Assembly (NCBI GenBank): GCA_963714285.1
Contig: CAVQNS010000002.1
Location: forward strand, 5,480 to 69,479
Source: an uncultured Solirubrobacteraceae bacterium
GTDB taxonomy: Bacteria; Actinomycetota; Thermoleophilia; Solirubrobacterales; Solirubrobacteraceae
Direction: 5' to 3'
DNA: 64,000 bases
The position numbers and the translations under genes are program-made. Every line of letters begins with the position of its first letter. Within the stretch, counting starts at the first letter, position 1. The notes under the pieces were generated by a model, which did not search any database, was not told the DNA's origin, and saw nothing but the letters and a program-made list of their open reading frames with translations. Shown here piece by piece: positions 42,994 to 52,993 of the stretch.

Positions 42994-44029
42994 TTAGCGA
43001 ATCAGGCGATCCAGGCGCGTCGTGTCGATCGTTTCGCGCAGCGTCTGCAGCGCGTCGTGGCGCGGTCGCCAGCCGAGTTCGTCGTCGCGCCTTGCTCGCG
43101 CTCATGATCACCGGCTCACGGAACGCGGCGATCCATTGTGCCTGCGCCGGCAGGAAGCCGAGGCGGCCGATCATCTGCGCGACCGCGTCAACGGCCAGCT
43201 CCGGCACTGGAATCGAGTACCAGCCGAGCTCCTCGGCGAGCTGCTTGACCGTCAGCTGCCCGGCGCCGGCAAGGTTGTAGACGCCGGGTGCTCCGCGGCC
43301 GAGCGCGGCGGCGCACATCGCGCTTGCGACGTCGTCGTGGTGCACCAGCTGGAAGGGCACGCCCGGATCGGGCAGCACGGGCTTGAGGATCGGGACTCCC
43401 TCGAGCAGGCGCAAGACGGGCCCGGGCAGTCGCTCGGAGATCTGCGTGTAGGGCAGGCTGTCGATCAGCAGCGGCGCCTGCGGGCCGGCCACGATACACG
43501 GGCGGAACACGTAGCCGGCGGTCTTGGCGCCGGCGAGCGTGGCCTCGAGCAGCTGCTCCACCTCCGCCTTCTGCGCCGAGTAGTAGTGGGCGGCGGTGCC
43601 ACGCGCGGGTACCTCCTCGGTGAGCGGCTGTGGGTTCTCGCGGTGGAAGCCGTAGGCGGCGACCGATGAGGCGTAGACCAGCCGCTTGACGCCCGCCGAG
43701 ACGGCTGCCTCGAACACGTTGCGCGAGCCGTCGAAGTTGACCTCGCGGCTCTCCTTCGCGCCGCCCATGATCATGAATGCCAGGTGCACGACGACGTCGG
43801 CGTCGCGTACGAGCCGCTGCACGGCGTCACGGTCGAGCACGTCGCCGCGCCTGTAGGCGACCTTCTTCCAGCCGTGCGCGCCCGGATCGAACGGCCGCCG
43901 GGCCATGCCGAGGATCGAGGAAACCTGATTCGAGCGCTCGAGCGCGCCGACGACAGCCTGCCCGATCTCACCGGTCGGTCCGGTGATCGCGATCGTGAGG
44001 CCTTCCCGGGTGGGCCGGCGCGGCGCCAT
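42994..44029 (-). CDS. NAD-dependent epimerase/dehydratase (frameshift near 43085)
   Basis: Motifs TGPTGEIG, HLA, SSVAAYG and YSAQK. Confidence 0.9.
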
Positions 44030-44065
44030 CGCACCGTTGTAGCGCATCGGCCGTACGCTTGGCAG

Positions 44066-45073
44066 GTGTCTGCGCTCGTGGCGTCCACGTCGATCGGCCA
44101 GAGCGTCAGCTCGTTCCTGGATGCAGCCGGGAAGTTCTTCTCGGACCTAGCGGCGGTCCACTGGGGCGCGCTGCTGCTGGGGCTCGTGTTCTTCGCAATG
44201 AACCTGACGTTGCGCTCGCGCGGCTTCTTCAACAGCCTGCGCGCGGCCTATCCGGCCGTCGCGTTCCAATGGCGGCGCATATGGGGCGCCTACTTCGCGG
44301 CGGTGGGGTTCAACAACGTCGTGCCGGCGCGCGGCGGCGACGTGATCAAGCTGTTCTTGACCCGCTCTTCGATCCCGGGCGCTCGCTATCCGACGGTGGC
44401 GGCGGCTTTCTTCGTCGAGTCGATCTTCGACGTCTGCACGGGCGTGCTCGTGCTGATCTTCGCGTTCACTCAAGGTGTCTTTCCGAAGCCGCCCGACTTC
44501 TCGAAGCTCAGCTCCTTCGACATCTCCTATCTGGCCGAGCACTTCCACCTGACTTTGTTCTTGATCACCGCGCTCGGGATCCTCTGCGCGGTCGCCTTCG
44601 CGCTGCTGGCGGAGCGCGCCAGGGCGACCTGGTCGCGCGTCCGCCAGGGCGTGACGATCCTCAGCGACCGCCGTCGCTATCTACGCGAAGTTGCGGCGCT
44701 GCAGGCCCTCGCGTGGCTGTGCCGCTTCACCGCCTTCTGGTTCCTGCTCGACGCCTTCAGGGTCGGTGGCTCGGTCAAAAACGTGCTGCTCGTGTTCGCC
44801 GTCAACCAGGTGGCCGGCGCGGTGCCGTTCACGCCCGGCGGCGCCGGCGTGCAGCAGGCGCTGCTGCTGAAGGTGTTCGCTACGAGCGCGCCCACCGCGG
44901 TGGTGGCTGCGTACTCGGTCGGTCAGCAGCTCACGATCGCGGTCTTCACCGCGCTGGTCGGACTTGGCGCGGTTGTGCTCATCTTCCGCTTCCGCTCCTT
45001 CAAGGAGGTGCTGTACGCGGGGCGCGCTTCACGCGAAGCGGAGCGGGAAGCCGAGCGCGCCGGCGCCTATTGA
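44066..45073 (+). CDS. Lysylphosphatidylglycerol synthase TM / flippase-like protein
   Basis: Motifs NNVVPARGGD and PFTPGGAG; multiple TM segments. Confidence 0.85.
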   Translation: MSALVASTSIGQSVSSFLDAAGKFFSDLAAVHWGALLLGLVFFAMNLTLRSRGFFNSLRAAYPAVAFQWRRIWGAYFAAVGFNNVVPARGGDVIKLFLTRSSIPGARYPTVAAAFFVESIFDVCTGVLVLIFAFTQGVFPKPPDFSKLSSFDISYLAEHFHLTLFLITALGILCAVAFALLAERARATWSRVRQGVTILSDRRRYLREVAALQALAWLCRFTAFWFLLDAFRVGGSVKNVLLVFAVNQVAGAVPFTPGGAGVQQALLLKVFATSAPTAVVAAYSVGQQLTIAVFTALVGLGAVVLIFRFRSFKEVLYAGRASREAEREAERAGAY

Positions 45074-45155
45074 GCTCGTCCTTGACGGCGCTACGCGCCG
45101 CTGACAGCGTATGAACCCGTCCGGGACGGCGCTTACGCGCCGGCTGGACTTGTTA

Positions 45156-45428
45156 CTACTGAAGGCCCTCCCGGGCCTCGCGCACGAGCGCGACGGCCTC
45201 GGGGAAGACGCGCGCGATCACGGTGCGGATCTGCTCGGCTTGCGCCTCGGCGTTGCCTTGGACGTTGATTCGCCCGACGGCAGCGACAGTCATGTCGACG
45301 GCGAGCTTGATTGCGTTGTCGGCCCACACGAGACGCTGGTTGCCTTGCATCTGTTCTGCGAACTCAGCCAGGCGCCGCTGCAGCTCCTCGGGGTCGCCGA
45401 ACAGATCTCCGAGTCCACCACTGTCCAT
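45156..45428 (-). CDS. Small hypothetical helical protein
   Basis: 90 aa starting MDSGGLGDLFGDPEELQRR; TATGAT 6 nt before the ATG. Confidence 0.7.
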   Translation of the reverse strand: MDSGGLGDLFGDPEELQRRLAEFAEQMQGNQRLVWADNAIKLAVDMTVAAVGRINVQGNAEAQAEQIRTVIARVFPEAVALVREAREGLQ

Positions 45429-45453
45429 GCTCGCATCATAGACTGCGCTGCTC

Positions 45454-46391
45454 ATGCCCACGGCAGCTGAGATACGCGAGCAGGTCGCGAGCGAGGAAGC
45501 GCGCCGCAATCGGCTGGCGGTACCCGCGTTTGCCGGCGGCTTCCTGTACCTGCTGAGCGCGATCATCGTTTTCAAGACGCTCAACGGCGGACCTACGGTC
45601 GGCCTGCTCCAGGGGCTTGGGCCGGCGATCTCCGGCGTCGCGACCCCGGCGCGAAGCCCGGCGACGGCCGAGTTGAAATACCTCAGCCACAACGGCTTTG
45701 CGCTGATCGCGGGGAGCGCGATCGCGGCGCTGTCGATCGTGGCGCTGGTGGTCGTGCTGCTGTTGCTCTGCGACGCCGTGGTCTTCCGTCGCCCGCACTC
45801 ATGGGTGCTCGCGCGCCCGCTGGTGCTGTACGGCGGGATCGCGTTCGCGGTGCTGAGCATCGTGCGCCAGGTGACGAGCGCGGTCATCGCCCACAGCTTC
45901 GCGACCGGTCACGACTTCTCGATCAAAGCGTTTGAACACGCGACCACCGGCAACAGCGCGAACCTGATCGTCGGCGTGCTCGGTCCGCTCGCCGGCATCG
46001 CGCTCGCGGCGGGCATGATCGGGGTGCTGGTCAATACCGTGCGCGTGGGATTGCTGGCGCTGTGGATGTCGGTGCTGGGCAGCTTCTCTGCGCTGCTGCT
46101 GTTCTTCCCGATCGGCGGCGCCGACCTGCAGGTCGTGCCCGCGCTGTGGCTCGTGATCATGGGCGTGATGTTCATCGGGCGCTGGCCCAAGGGCGAGCCG
46201 CCGGCCTGGGCTGCGGGCGAGGCGCGCCCGTGGCCTTCGCAAGCGCAACTGCGCGCCGAACGGGCCGGTGGGGGACGCGGGGCGTCGAGCAAGGCCAAGG
46301 CGGTGCGGCCGCGGTCGCGGCGCCAGCACCGTTGCTGCCGACGGGTGGCGGCACTTCGCGCAAGCGCCGGCGCAAGCGTGGCGGGCGTTGA
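45454..46391 (+). CDS. Hypothetical membrane protein (frameshift near 46300)
   Basis: About 6 TM segments; probable C-terminus TSRKRRRKRGGR*. Confidence 0.7.
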
Positions 46392-46573
46392 TCTGACGCG
46401 CCGAGGCCGGCGTGGGGTTGAGCCGAGCGCGGCGCTGGGTTGATGATTAGTTTTTGCAGGGACGGGAATAATCTGAGCAGGACCGAGAGCACGCGCAACT
46501 GCGGCTCTCCGTTTGAGGGATTCGATCAATAGGCGTCATGTCGCCACCGGTCGGTGGTGCAAAGGAGGCTCCC

Positions 46574-47209
46574 ATGGAGGCAGCAACGATTGAGCGTGGC
46601 CGGCGCGAGGAACCTGCGCGTTCGCCGGGCTCGCAGACGGGTTGGAAACCGGCCGATCCCGGCCCGCTGGGCTTGGGAGCGTTCGCGATGACGACGTTCG
46701 TGCTCTCGATCTTCAACGCCAACCTCGTCAATGAAAAGGGCGTGCCGGTGGTGCTCGGCTTGGCGCTCGTGTACGGCGGCATCGTGCAGCTGATCGCGGG
46801 ACTGTGGGAGTTTCGTACGGGCAACACGTTCGGCGCGGTCGCGTTCTGCTCGTTCGGCGCCTTCTGGATCTCCTTCTGGGCGCTGAACGTGTTCTACGCC
46901 AAGCAGATCGGCGGCAACACGGGCCATGCGGTCGGCGTGTACCTGTGGGCGTGGGCGATCTTCACGAGCTACATGGCGGTCGCGGCGTTGCGCACGAGCG
47001 GCGCTGTGCTGAGCGTGTTCGTGCTGCTGGCGGCGACGTTCATCCTGCTGGCGATCGGCAAGGACGGGGGGAGCCAAAACATCACGCACTGGGGTGGCTA
47101 TGTCGGCTTGGCGACGGCGGCGGCCGCTTGGTACGCCTCGTTTGCGGCTGTCGTCAATTCGACGTTCGGGCGCACGGTTCTGCCTGTGGTCCCTTTGAGC
47201 GGACGGTAG
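46574..47209 (+). CDS. satP: Acetate uptake transporter (SatP/YaaH, GPR1/FUN34)
   Basis: Motifs ADPGPLGLGAF, YGG..Q..AG and NTFG; AAGGAGG RBS; lies upstream of acs. Confidence 0.88.
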   Translation: MEAATIERGRREEPARSPGSQTGWKPADPGPLGLGAFAMTTFVLSIFNANLVNEKGVPVVLGLALVYGGIVQLIAGLWEFRTGNTFGAVAFCSFGAFWISFWALNVFYAKQIGGNTGHAVGVYLWAWAIFTSYMAVAALRTSGAVLSVFVLLAATFILLAIGKDGGSQNITHWGGYVGLATAAAAWYASFAAVVNSTFGRTVLPVVPLSGR

Positions 47210-47218
47210 GGTTCGCTC

Positions 47219-49228
47219 ATGGCGACGGGATCCGAACAGGCGGCCGGCGAGGCGCTCGACGAGGAGCTCGCTTCGCTCTTGGGGGTCGAGAGGTTCGACC
47301 CCCCGGCGGACTTCCGCGAGCATGCGCTGCTGAGCGACCCTGAGGTGTACGAGCGGGCGGCGGCCGACCCGCTCGGCTGGTGGACGGCGCAGGCTGAGGA
47401 GCTCGACTGGTTCCAGAAGTGGAGCAGGGTGCTCGATGACGACAACCCGCCGTTCTACAAGTGGTTCACGGGCGGCACGCTGAACGTCTCCTACAACTGT
47501 CTGGACCGCCATGTGATCGCGGGCTGCGGCGAGCGGATCGCGTTTCACTGGCGCGGCGAGGACGGGCAGGAGCGCGACATCAGCTATGCGGAGCTGCTCG
47601 GCGACGTCGAACGCTTTGCGAGCGCGCTGAAGGGGCTCGGCGTGGAGAAGGGCGACGTGGTCGGGATCTACCTGCCGATGATCCCCGAGGTCGTGGTGGC
47701 GATGCTCGCATGCGCACGCATCGGCGCTCCGCACAACGTGGTGTTCGGCGGCTTCTCGGCGGAGGCGGTGCGCGAGCGCATGGAGTTCTCCGAGGCGAAG
47801 GTGCTGATCACGGTCGACGGCGCTGCGCGCAAGGGCAAGACGGCGCCGGTCAAGGACCGCGTCGACGAGGTGATCGGTGATCTGTCGAGCCTCGAGAAGA
47901 TCGTCGTGGTGCAGAGCAAGGGCACGCCGTGTGAGATGCAGGAGGGCCGCGACGTCTTCTACGACGAGATCGTCGCGGCGGCCGACCCGGTCTGCCCGGC
48001 TGAGCCGCTGGACGCGGAGCACCCGCTGTACATTCTCTACACGTCGGGGTCGACGGCCAAGCCGAAGGGGATCCTGCACACGACCGGCGGCTACCTGACT
48101 GGCGTGTCGGCGACCCACCGCTATGTGTTCGACCTGAAGGGGGAGCAGGGCGGGTCCAAAGCAGATGTGTACTGGTGCGCGGCTGACGTCGGCTGGGTCA
48201 CGGGGCACTCCTACATCGTCTACGGGCCGCTGTGCAACGGTGCCACCTCGGTGATGTGGGAGGGCGCGCCGGACTACCCCGACAAGGGCATCTGGTGGGA
48301 GATCGTCGAGCGCTACGGCGTCACGATCCTGTACTGCGCCCCGACGGCGATCCGCGCGTGCATCAAGTGGGGTGCGGAGTGGCCGAACAAGCACGACCTC
48401 TCCAGCTTGCGCCTGCTGGGCTCGGTCGGCGAGCCGATCAACCCGAAGGCATGGCTGTGGTACCACAAGGTGATCGGCTCTGAACGCTGTCCGATCGTGG
48501 ATACGTGGTGGCAGACGGAGACGGGCGCGATCATGATCACGCCGCTGCCGGGAATCACCTCGACGAAGCCCGGCTCGGCGACGCAGCCGTTCCCGGGGGT
48601 GTTCGCGCAGGTGCTCGACGAGTCCACGGGCGAGCCTGTCGAGGAGGGGCAGGGGCTGCTCGTGCTGACGCATCCGTGGCCGTCGATGCTGCGCACGCTG
48701 TACAAGGAGGACGAGCGCTTCATCGAGACCTACTTCGCGCGTTTCGGCCGCGAGACCTATCTGGTGGGTGATGCTGCGCGCCGCGAACGCGATGGCTACC
48801 TGTGGGTGATCGGGCGCATCGACGACGTGGTCAACGTCTCGGGCCACCGGCTCTCGACAGCGGAGGTCGAGTCGGCGATCGTGGCGCATCCGGATGTCGC
48901 GGAGGCGGCGGTGATCGGCCAGCACGACGAGGACTCCGGCCAGGCGATCGTCGCGTTCGTCACGCTGCAAGGCGAGCTCGAGGGCGGCGAAGCGACGGTT
49001 GAGGGCATCCGCGACACGGTCGCTGAGCGGATCGGCAAGTTCGCGCGCCCGAAGCGGATCATCTGGGCCGAGGACCTGCCGAAGACGCGTTCGGGCAAGA
49101 TCATGCGCCGTCTGCTGCGCGACATCGCCGAGGGCCGCGCGCTCGGCGACGTGACGACGCTGCGCGATCCCGCGGTGATGGGCGCGCTCGAGGAGCAGGT
49201 CAAGCAGATGCAGGCCGAGGAGGCCTGA
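47219..49228 (+). CDS. acs: Acetate-CoA ligase
   Basis: Motifs YTSGSTAKPKG, DTWWQTETG, SGHRL and PKTRSGKIMRR. Confidence 0.97.
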   Translation: MATGSEQAAGEALDEELASLLGVERFDPPADFREHALLSDPEVYERAAADPLGWWTAQAEELDWFQKWSRVLDDDNPPFYKWFTGGTLNVSYNCLDRHVIAGCGERIAFHWRGEDGQERDISYAELLGDVERFASALKGLGVEKGDVVGIYLPMIPEVVVAMLACARIGAPHNVVFGGFSAEAVRERMEFSEAKVLITVDGAARKGKTAPVKDRVDEVIGDLSSLEKIVVVQSKGTPCEMQEGRDVFYDEIVAAADPVCPAEPLDAEHPLYILYTSGSTAKPKGILHTTGGYLTGVSATHRYVFDLKGEQGGSKADVYWCAADVGWVTGHSYIVYGPLCNGATSVMWEGAPDYPDKGIWWEIVERYGVTILYCAPTAIRACIKWGAEWPNKHDLSSLRLLGSVGEPINPKAWLWYHKVIGSERCPIVDTWWQTETGAIMITPLPGITSTKPGSATQPFPGVFAQVLDESTGEPVEEGQGLLVLTHPWPSMLRTLYKEDERFIETYFARFGRETYLVGDAARRERDGYLWVIGRIDDVVNVSGHRLSTAEVESAIVAHPDVAEAAVIGQHDEDSGQAIVAFVTLQGELEGGEATVEGIRDTVAERIGKFARPKRIIWAEDLPKTRSGKIMRRLLRDIAEGRALGDVTTLRDPAVMGALEEQVKQMQAEEA

Positions 49229-49313
49229 GGTCCGGGCAGGCTCCGCGGGTTTCCTCTTTTTTTATGGGGCGGCCTGCCGGCCGCCTGCGGCGTGCGCGTG
49301 GCGGGCATCGGGG

Positions 49314-49329
49314 TAAGGGCAATCCCTTA
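49314..49329. promoter_or_regulatory. Palindromic response-regulator site candidate
   Basis: TAAGGG-CAAT-CCCTTA, 22 nt upstream of a CATGAT -10-like box. Confidence 0.6.
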
Positions 49330-49363
49330 GGTGTGCGCGAGATCGCGCTGGCATGATTGAGCG

Positions 49364-50593
49364 ATGGCTTCCGCTCCAGCATCGGCAGGGCAGCCCAAGG
49401 CAGCCGCATCGCCGTCGTCGCTGCGCCGGCCGCTCGACCGGGCACTGCTGGGGGGCGTGTGCGCGGGCTTGTCCGAGCGCATGGGCGTGGAGGTTCTCGT
49501 GGTGCGCGTGATCGCGGTGATGGCGGCCACGGTCGGTGGGCTCGGCGTGGCCGCGTACGCGCTTGCGTGGGCGCTGATCCCGGCGAGCCCTGGAAGCGCG
49601 CGGTCGCGTAGGCCCGGTGCCTGGCGCCAGGCGCCGCTGATCGTGCTGACGGTCGCGGCGCTGTTCGCCGGCGTGCACCTGGCCGGCTCGCACGTGGGTG
49701 AGGGGCTGTGGCCGCTCGTGCTGGGGGCGTGCGGGATGGCGCTGCTGTGGCGCCCGGCGGTGGCCGTGGAGGACTCGCTGCCGAGACGGCGCGCGACGCT
49801 GCGCGATTACCTGAACCGCCCCGCGCAGGTCGGCGCTCCGCGCCTGATCGCCGGTGGCCTGTTCGTGGCTTTCGGTGCCGCTGCGCTGCTGCACGCGGTC
49901 GGCGTCCAGCACAGCCTCGGCAAGGCGATCTGGGCTGTGGCGATCATTGGCCTGGTGCTCGGCCTGGTGGTCGGTCCGTGGGTCGTGCGGCTCGGGAGCA
50001 GCCTGTCGTTCGAGCGCGCCGCGCGCATCCGCGAGCAGGAGCGCGCGGAGGTAGCGGCGCACCTGCACGACTCGGTTCTGCAGACGCTCGCGCTGATCCA
50101 GAAGCGCGCGGGCGACCCGCGGGAGGTGGCGGGCCTGGCGCGCCGCCAGGAGCGCGAGCTGCGCAGCTGGCTCTTGCAGCGGCCGGGCGAGGCCGAGCAG
50201 GACAGCGTGACCGGCGCGCTCGAGCGGGCGGCGACCGAGGTCGAGGAGTTGCATGGGGTGCCGATCGAGGTCGTCACGGTGGGCGATGCGCCCTTGAACG
50301 GCGGCCTGGAGGCGCTTGTGCAGGCCGCGCGCGAGGCGATGACCAACGCGGCGAAGTTCGCCGGCAGCGAGCGGGTGGACCTGTACGCCGAGGTGGAGGC
50401 GGATCGCGTCGAGCTGTTCGTGCGTGATCGCGGGGTGGGCTTCGACCTTGACGCGATCCCGGCTGATCGTCGTGGCGTGCGCGACTCGATCATCGCGCGC
50501 ATGGAGCGCCACCATGGCCGTGCTGCGGTCAAGAGCAGCCCGGGCGAGGGCACGGAGGTCGAGCTGGTGATGGAGCGGGGATCGAGCGCATGA
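49364..50593 (+). CDS. PspC-domain membrane sensor histidine kinase
   Basis: N-terminal PspC motif GGVCAGL; HLHDSVLQ, EAMTNAAK, DRGVGF and GEGT. Confidence 0.92.
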   Translation: MASAPASAGQPKAAASPSSLRRPLDRALLGGVCAGLSERMGVEVLVVRVIAVMAATVGGLGVAAYALAWALIPASPGSARSRRPGAWRQAPLIVLTVAALFAGVHLAGSHVGEGLWPLVLGACGMALLWRPAVAVEDSLPRRRATLRDYLNRPAQVGAPRLIAGGLFVAFGAAALLHAVGVQHSLGKAIWAVAIIGLVLGLVVGPWVVRLGSSLSFERAARIREQERAEVAAHLHDSVLQTLALIQKRAGDPREVAGLARRQERELRSWLLQRPGEAEQDSVTGALERAATEVEELHGVPIEVVTVGDAPLNGGLEALVQAAREAMTNAAKFAGSERVDLYAEVEADRVELFVRDRGVGFDLDAIPADRRGVRDSIIARMERHHGRAAVKSSPGEGTEVELVMERGSSA

Positions 50594-50599
50594 GCGGGC

Positions 50600-51337
50600 A
50601 TGCCGAGCGCTCGCATGTCTGAGCATGCGCCGGACGCTGCGGGCGAGAGCGTGCGGTCCAGGCCGCGTGTGGTGATCGTCGACGACCACCACCTGTTTCG
50701 CTCGGGCGTGCGCACGGAGCTCGGCGAGGAGCTGGAGGTGGTGGGCGACGCCGGCACCGTCGAGGATGCGGTGGCGCTGATCCGCGAGCAGCGGCCGGAC
50801 GTGGTGCTGCTGGACGTGCACATGCCGGACGGCGGCGGCGTCGAGGTGATCGCGCGCTTGAGCGAGGAATGTCAGGACATCCGCTTCCTGGCATTGTCGG
50901 TGTCGGATGCGGCCGAGGACGTGATCGCGGTGATCCGCGCGGGCGCGCGCGGCTACGTGACGAAGACGATCTCCGCGACGGAGCTGGCGGACGCCGTGCG
51001 CCGGGTGGCGGGCGGCGACGCGGTCTTCTCGCCGCGTCTGGCTGGCTTCGTGCTGGACGCGTTCGCGCAGGACACCGGCGCCGGGGCGGCCGCGAGCGTC
51101 GAGTCCACGGCGGCTGAGGATCGCGAGCTCGACCAGCTGACGCCGCGCGAGCGCGAGGTGCTGCGGCACATCGCGCGCGGCTACATGTACAAGGAGGTCG
51201 CGCAGAGCCTCGGCATCTCGGTCAAGACGGTCGAGGCGCACGTCTCGGCGGTACTGCGCAAGCTGCAGCTCTCGTCTCGCCACGAGCTCAGCCGCTGGGC
51301 GGTGCAGCGGCGGCTGGTGAGCCTGGATGGCCCGTGA
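50600..51337 (+). CDS. NarL/LuxR family response regulator
   Basis: Motifs VDDH, LLDVHMP, LTPREREVL and KTVEAH. Confidence 0.94.
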   Translation: MPSARMSEHAPDAAGESVRSRPRVVIVDDHHLFRSGVRTELGEELEVVGDAGTVEDAVALIREQRPDVVLLDVHMPDGGGVEVIARLSEECQDIRFLALSVSDAAEDVIAVIRAGARGYVTKTISATELADAVRRVAGGDAVFSPRLAGFVLDAFAQDTGAGAAASVESTAAEDRELDQLTPREREVLRHIARGYMYKEVAQSLGISVKTVEAHVSAVLRKLQLSSRHELSRWAVQRRLVSLDGP

Positions 51338-51352
51338 GACGCCCGGCATGTG

Positions 51353-51768
51353 TTACTCGAGCTGCTGAGAGTCGAGCCAGCTCCACGTCTCGAGCGCTGC
51401 CAGCGCATGTTGGAGGGTGAGGCTCTGCTCCTCGGCTGGAGCCCAGCTGAGGACTCCGACGACGTACAGCCATCCCGCGTGCTCCAGTTTCCAGTCTGTC
51501 AGGAGGCCCCTTCGCAGAACCATGGAGTGGCGATACGCAGTCTCGCCCGCTATCCGGTCGACGGCTACCTCGTAGGAGCCCTCGGCTCCGCTGTCGAGCA
51601 AGCACCTGAGCGACTTCCAGGCGGATTCTTCGACATCGACCGGGCCACCGCTGCGCCGTAGGCAGACGGCGGCCAGCGTGCTTCCATGCCCGTCGACCAG
51701 AATGCGAAAGTCCTCGCGGCTGTCGTCGCGACAGATCCGTGGTGCGTACAGCGACCGGCTCGCGCTCA
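51353..51768 (-). CDS. Hypothetical protein, atypical composition
   Basis: Best protein-like frame in the gap between the regulator and the ABC genes; start uncertain (the frame stays open upstream). Confidence 0.4.
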
Positions 51769-51972
51769 TCAGACGCTCACCGGGGCGGCTGTCGGGGCCG
51801 GTGGGAACCACCAGCTCGTGGAGCAGCGGCCCTCCGCTGAAGCCGGTTTGCTGATGCCACCTGCGAACCGTCCGTCTCCTGACCAGAAGCGCCGAGTCCC
51901 ACACGGGGTTCGTTATCGACCCGCAGATCCAGGCGCTTGAGGCGACGCCTGGCCCGCGATGCTCACCGACCC

Positions 51973-51988
51973 TAAGGGTAATCCCGGA
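51973..51988. promoter_or_regulatory. Second copy of the TAAGGG-N4-CCC site
   Basis: TAAGGG-TAAT-CCCGGA, about 24 nt upstream of an AACAAT -10-like box before the ABC ATPase. Confidence 0.55.
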
Positions 51989-52026
51989 TTGTCGGCTGCG
52001 AAAGCTGTCGATAACAATGGGTAGCG

Positions 52027-52993
52027 ATGGACGCGAGCTCCACACCGGCGATCGAAACTGTCGGCCTGACGAAGCGGTTCGGCGAGCGCGCAGCGCTCGA
52101 CGGCATCGACCTGCAGGTGCCGCGCGGCGTCGCGTTCGGCTTTCTCGGACCAAACGGCGCCGGCAAGACGACGATCATCCGCACGCTGCTGGGTCTCACG
52201 CCGGCGAGTGCTGGAACGATGCACGTGCTCGGCTATCCGGTGCCGGCACAGCGAGCGCAGGCGCTTGAGCGCGTCGGGGCGATCGTCGAGGAGCCGCGCT
52301 TTCACATGCACCTGACCGGGCGGGAGAACCTGCGCATCGTCTCCGCGGTCCGCGGCCCCGAGACGCTCCGGCGAATCGACCCGGCGTTGGCGCGCGTGGG
52401 CTTGTCGGAGCGCGCCGGCGAGAAGGTCAAGAGCTACTCGATGGGCATGCGCCAGCGCCTCGGTGTCGCGCGCTGCCTGCTCGCCGACCCGCTGCTGCTG
52501 ATCCTCGACGAGCCGACCAACGGGCTCGATCCGGGCGGCATTCAGGAGTTCAGGGAGATGATTCGTGCGATGGTCGAGCAGGAGGGACGGACGGTGTTCA
52601 TCTCCTCGCACCTGCTCGACGAGGTCGAAAAGACGTGCGACGCCGCGGCGATCGTCGATCGCGGCAAGATCGTCACGCAGGGCGCGATCGCCGAGCTCGC
52701 CGCAGGCGGCGGCGCGCGTCACGAACTGATCTTGGGGGTCGACGACGCCGATCGCGCGCTCGACTTGCTCGGCTGCGAGCGAGCTGGTCGCTGAGGCTCG
52801 CCCCGCCGACGAAGGCATTCGCGTGGCTCTCGCCGGAGATCCGCGGACAGCGGCGCAGCTCAATGCCGCGCTGGTGGGAGCTGGGATCGGCGTCACCCGC
52901 CTAGAGCCCGTCCGCCACAGCCTCGAGCAGCGCTTCCTGCGGATCACCTCGCGGCTGGACGCCGAGCTCCTACCCGAGGAGGTGAAGGCATGA
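52027..52993 (+). CDS. ABC ATP-binding protein, BcrA-like (frameshift near 52775)
   Basis: Motifs GPNGAGKTT, YSMGMRQRL, LDEPTNGLD and SSH; C-terminal SLEQRFL in another frame. Confidence 0.9.

Noticed and set aside
28150-46350. Programmed frameshifting or mass pseudogenisation
   Set aside because: No consistent slippery sites; unrelated genes are affected with motifs intact. Sequencing error is simpler.
46440-46540. Possible riboswitch upstream of satP-acs (GAGAGC/GCTCTC stem)
   Set aside because: Only a short stem with no recognisable riboswitch consensus; more likely promoter/operator DNA.
49229-49280. Intrinsic terminator after acs
   Set aside because: The T-run lies inside the loop of the GGCAGGC/GCCTGCC pairing rather than after a stem, so the geometry is not convincing.
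46526-51349. Very long antisense ORFs (46526-48970, 49262-51349) and many similar ones elsewhere
   Set aside because: Shadow frames of high-GC genes (acs, kinase/regulator); Arg/Ala-rich with no family motifs.
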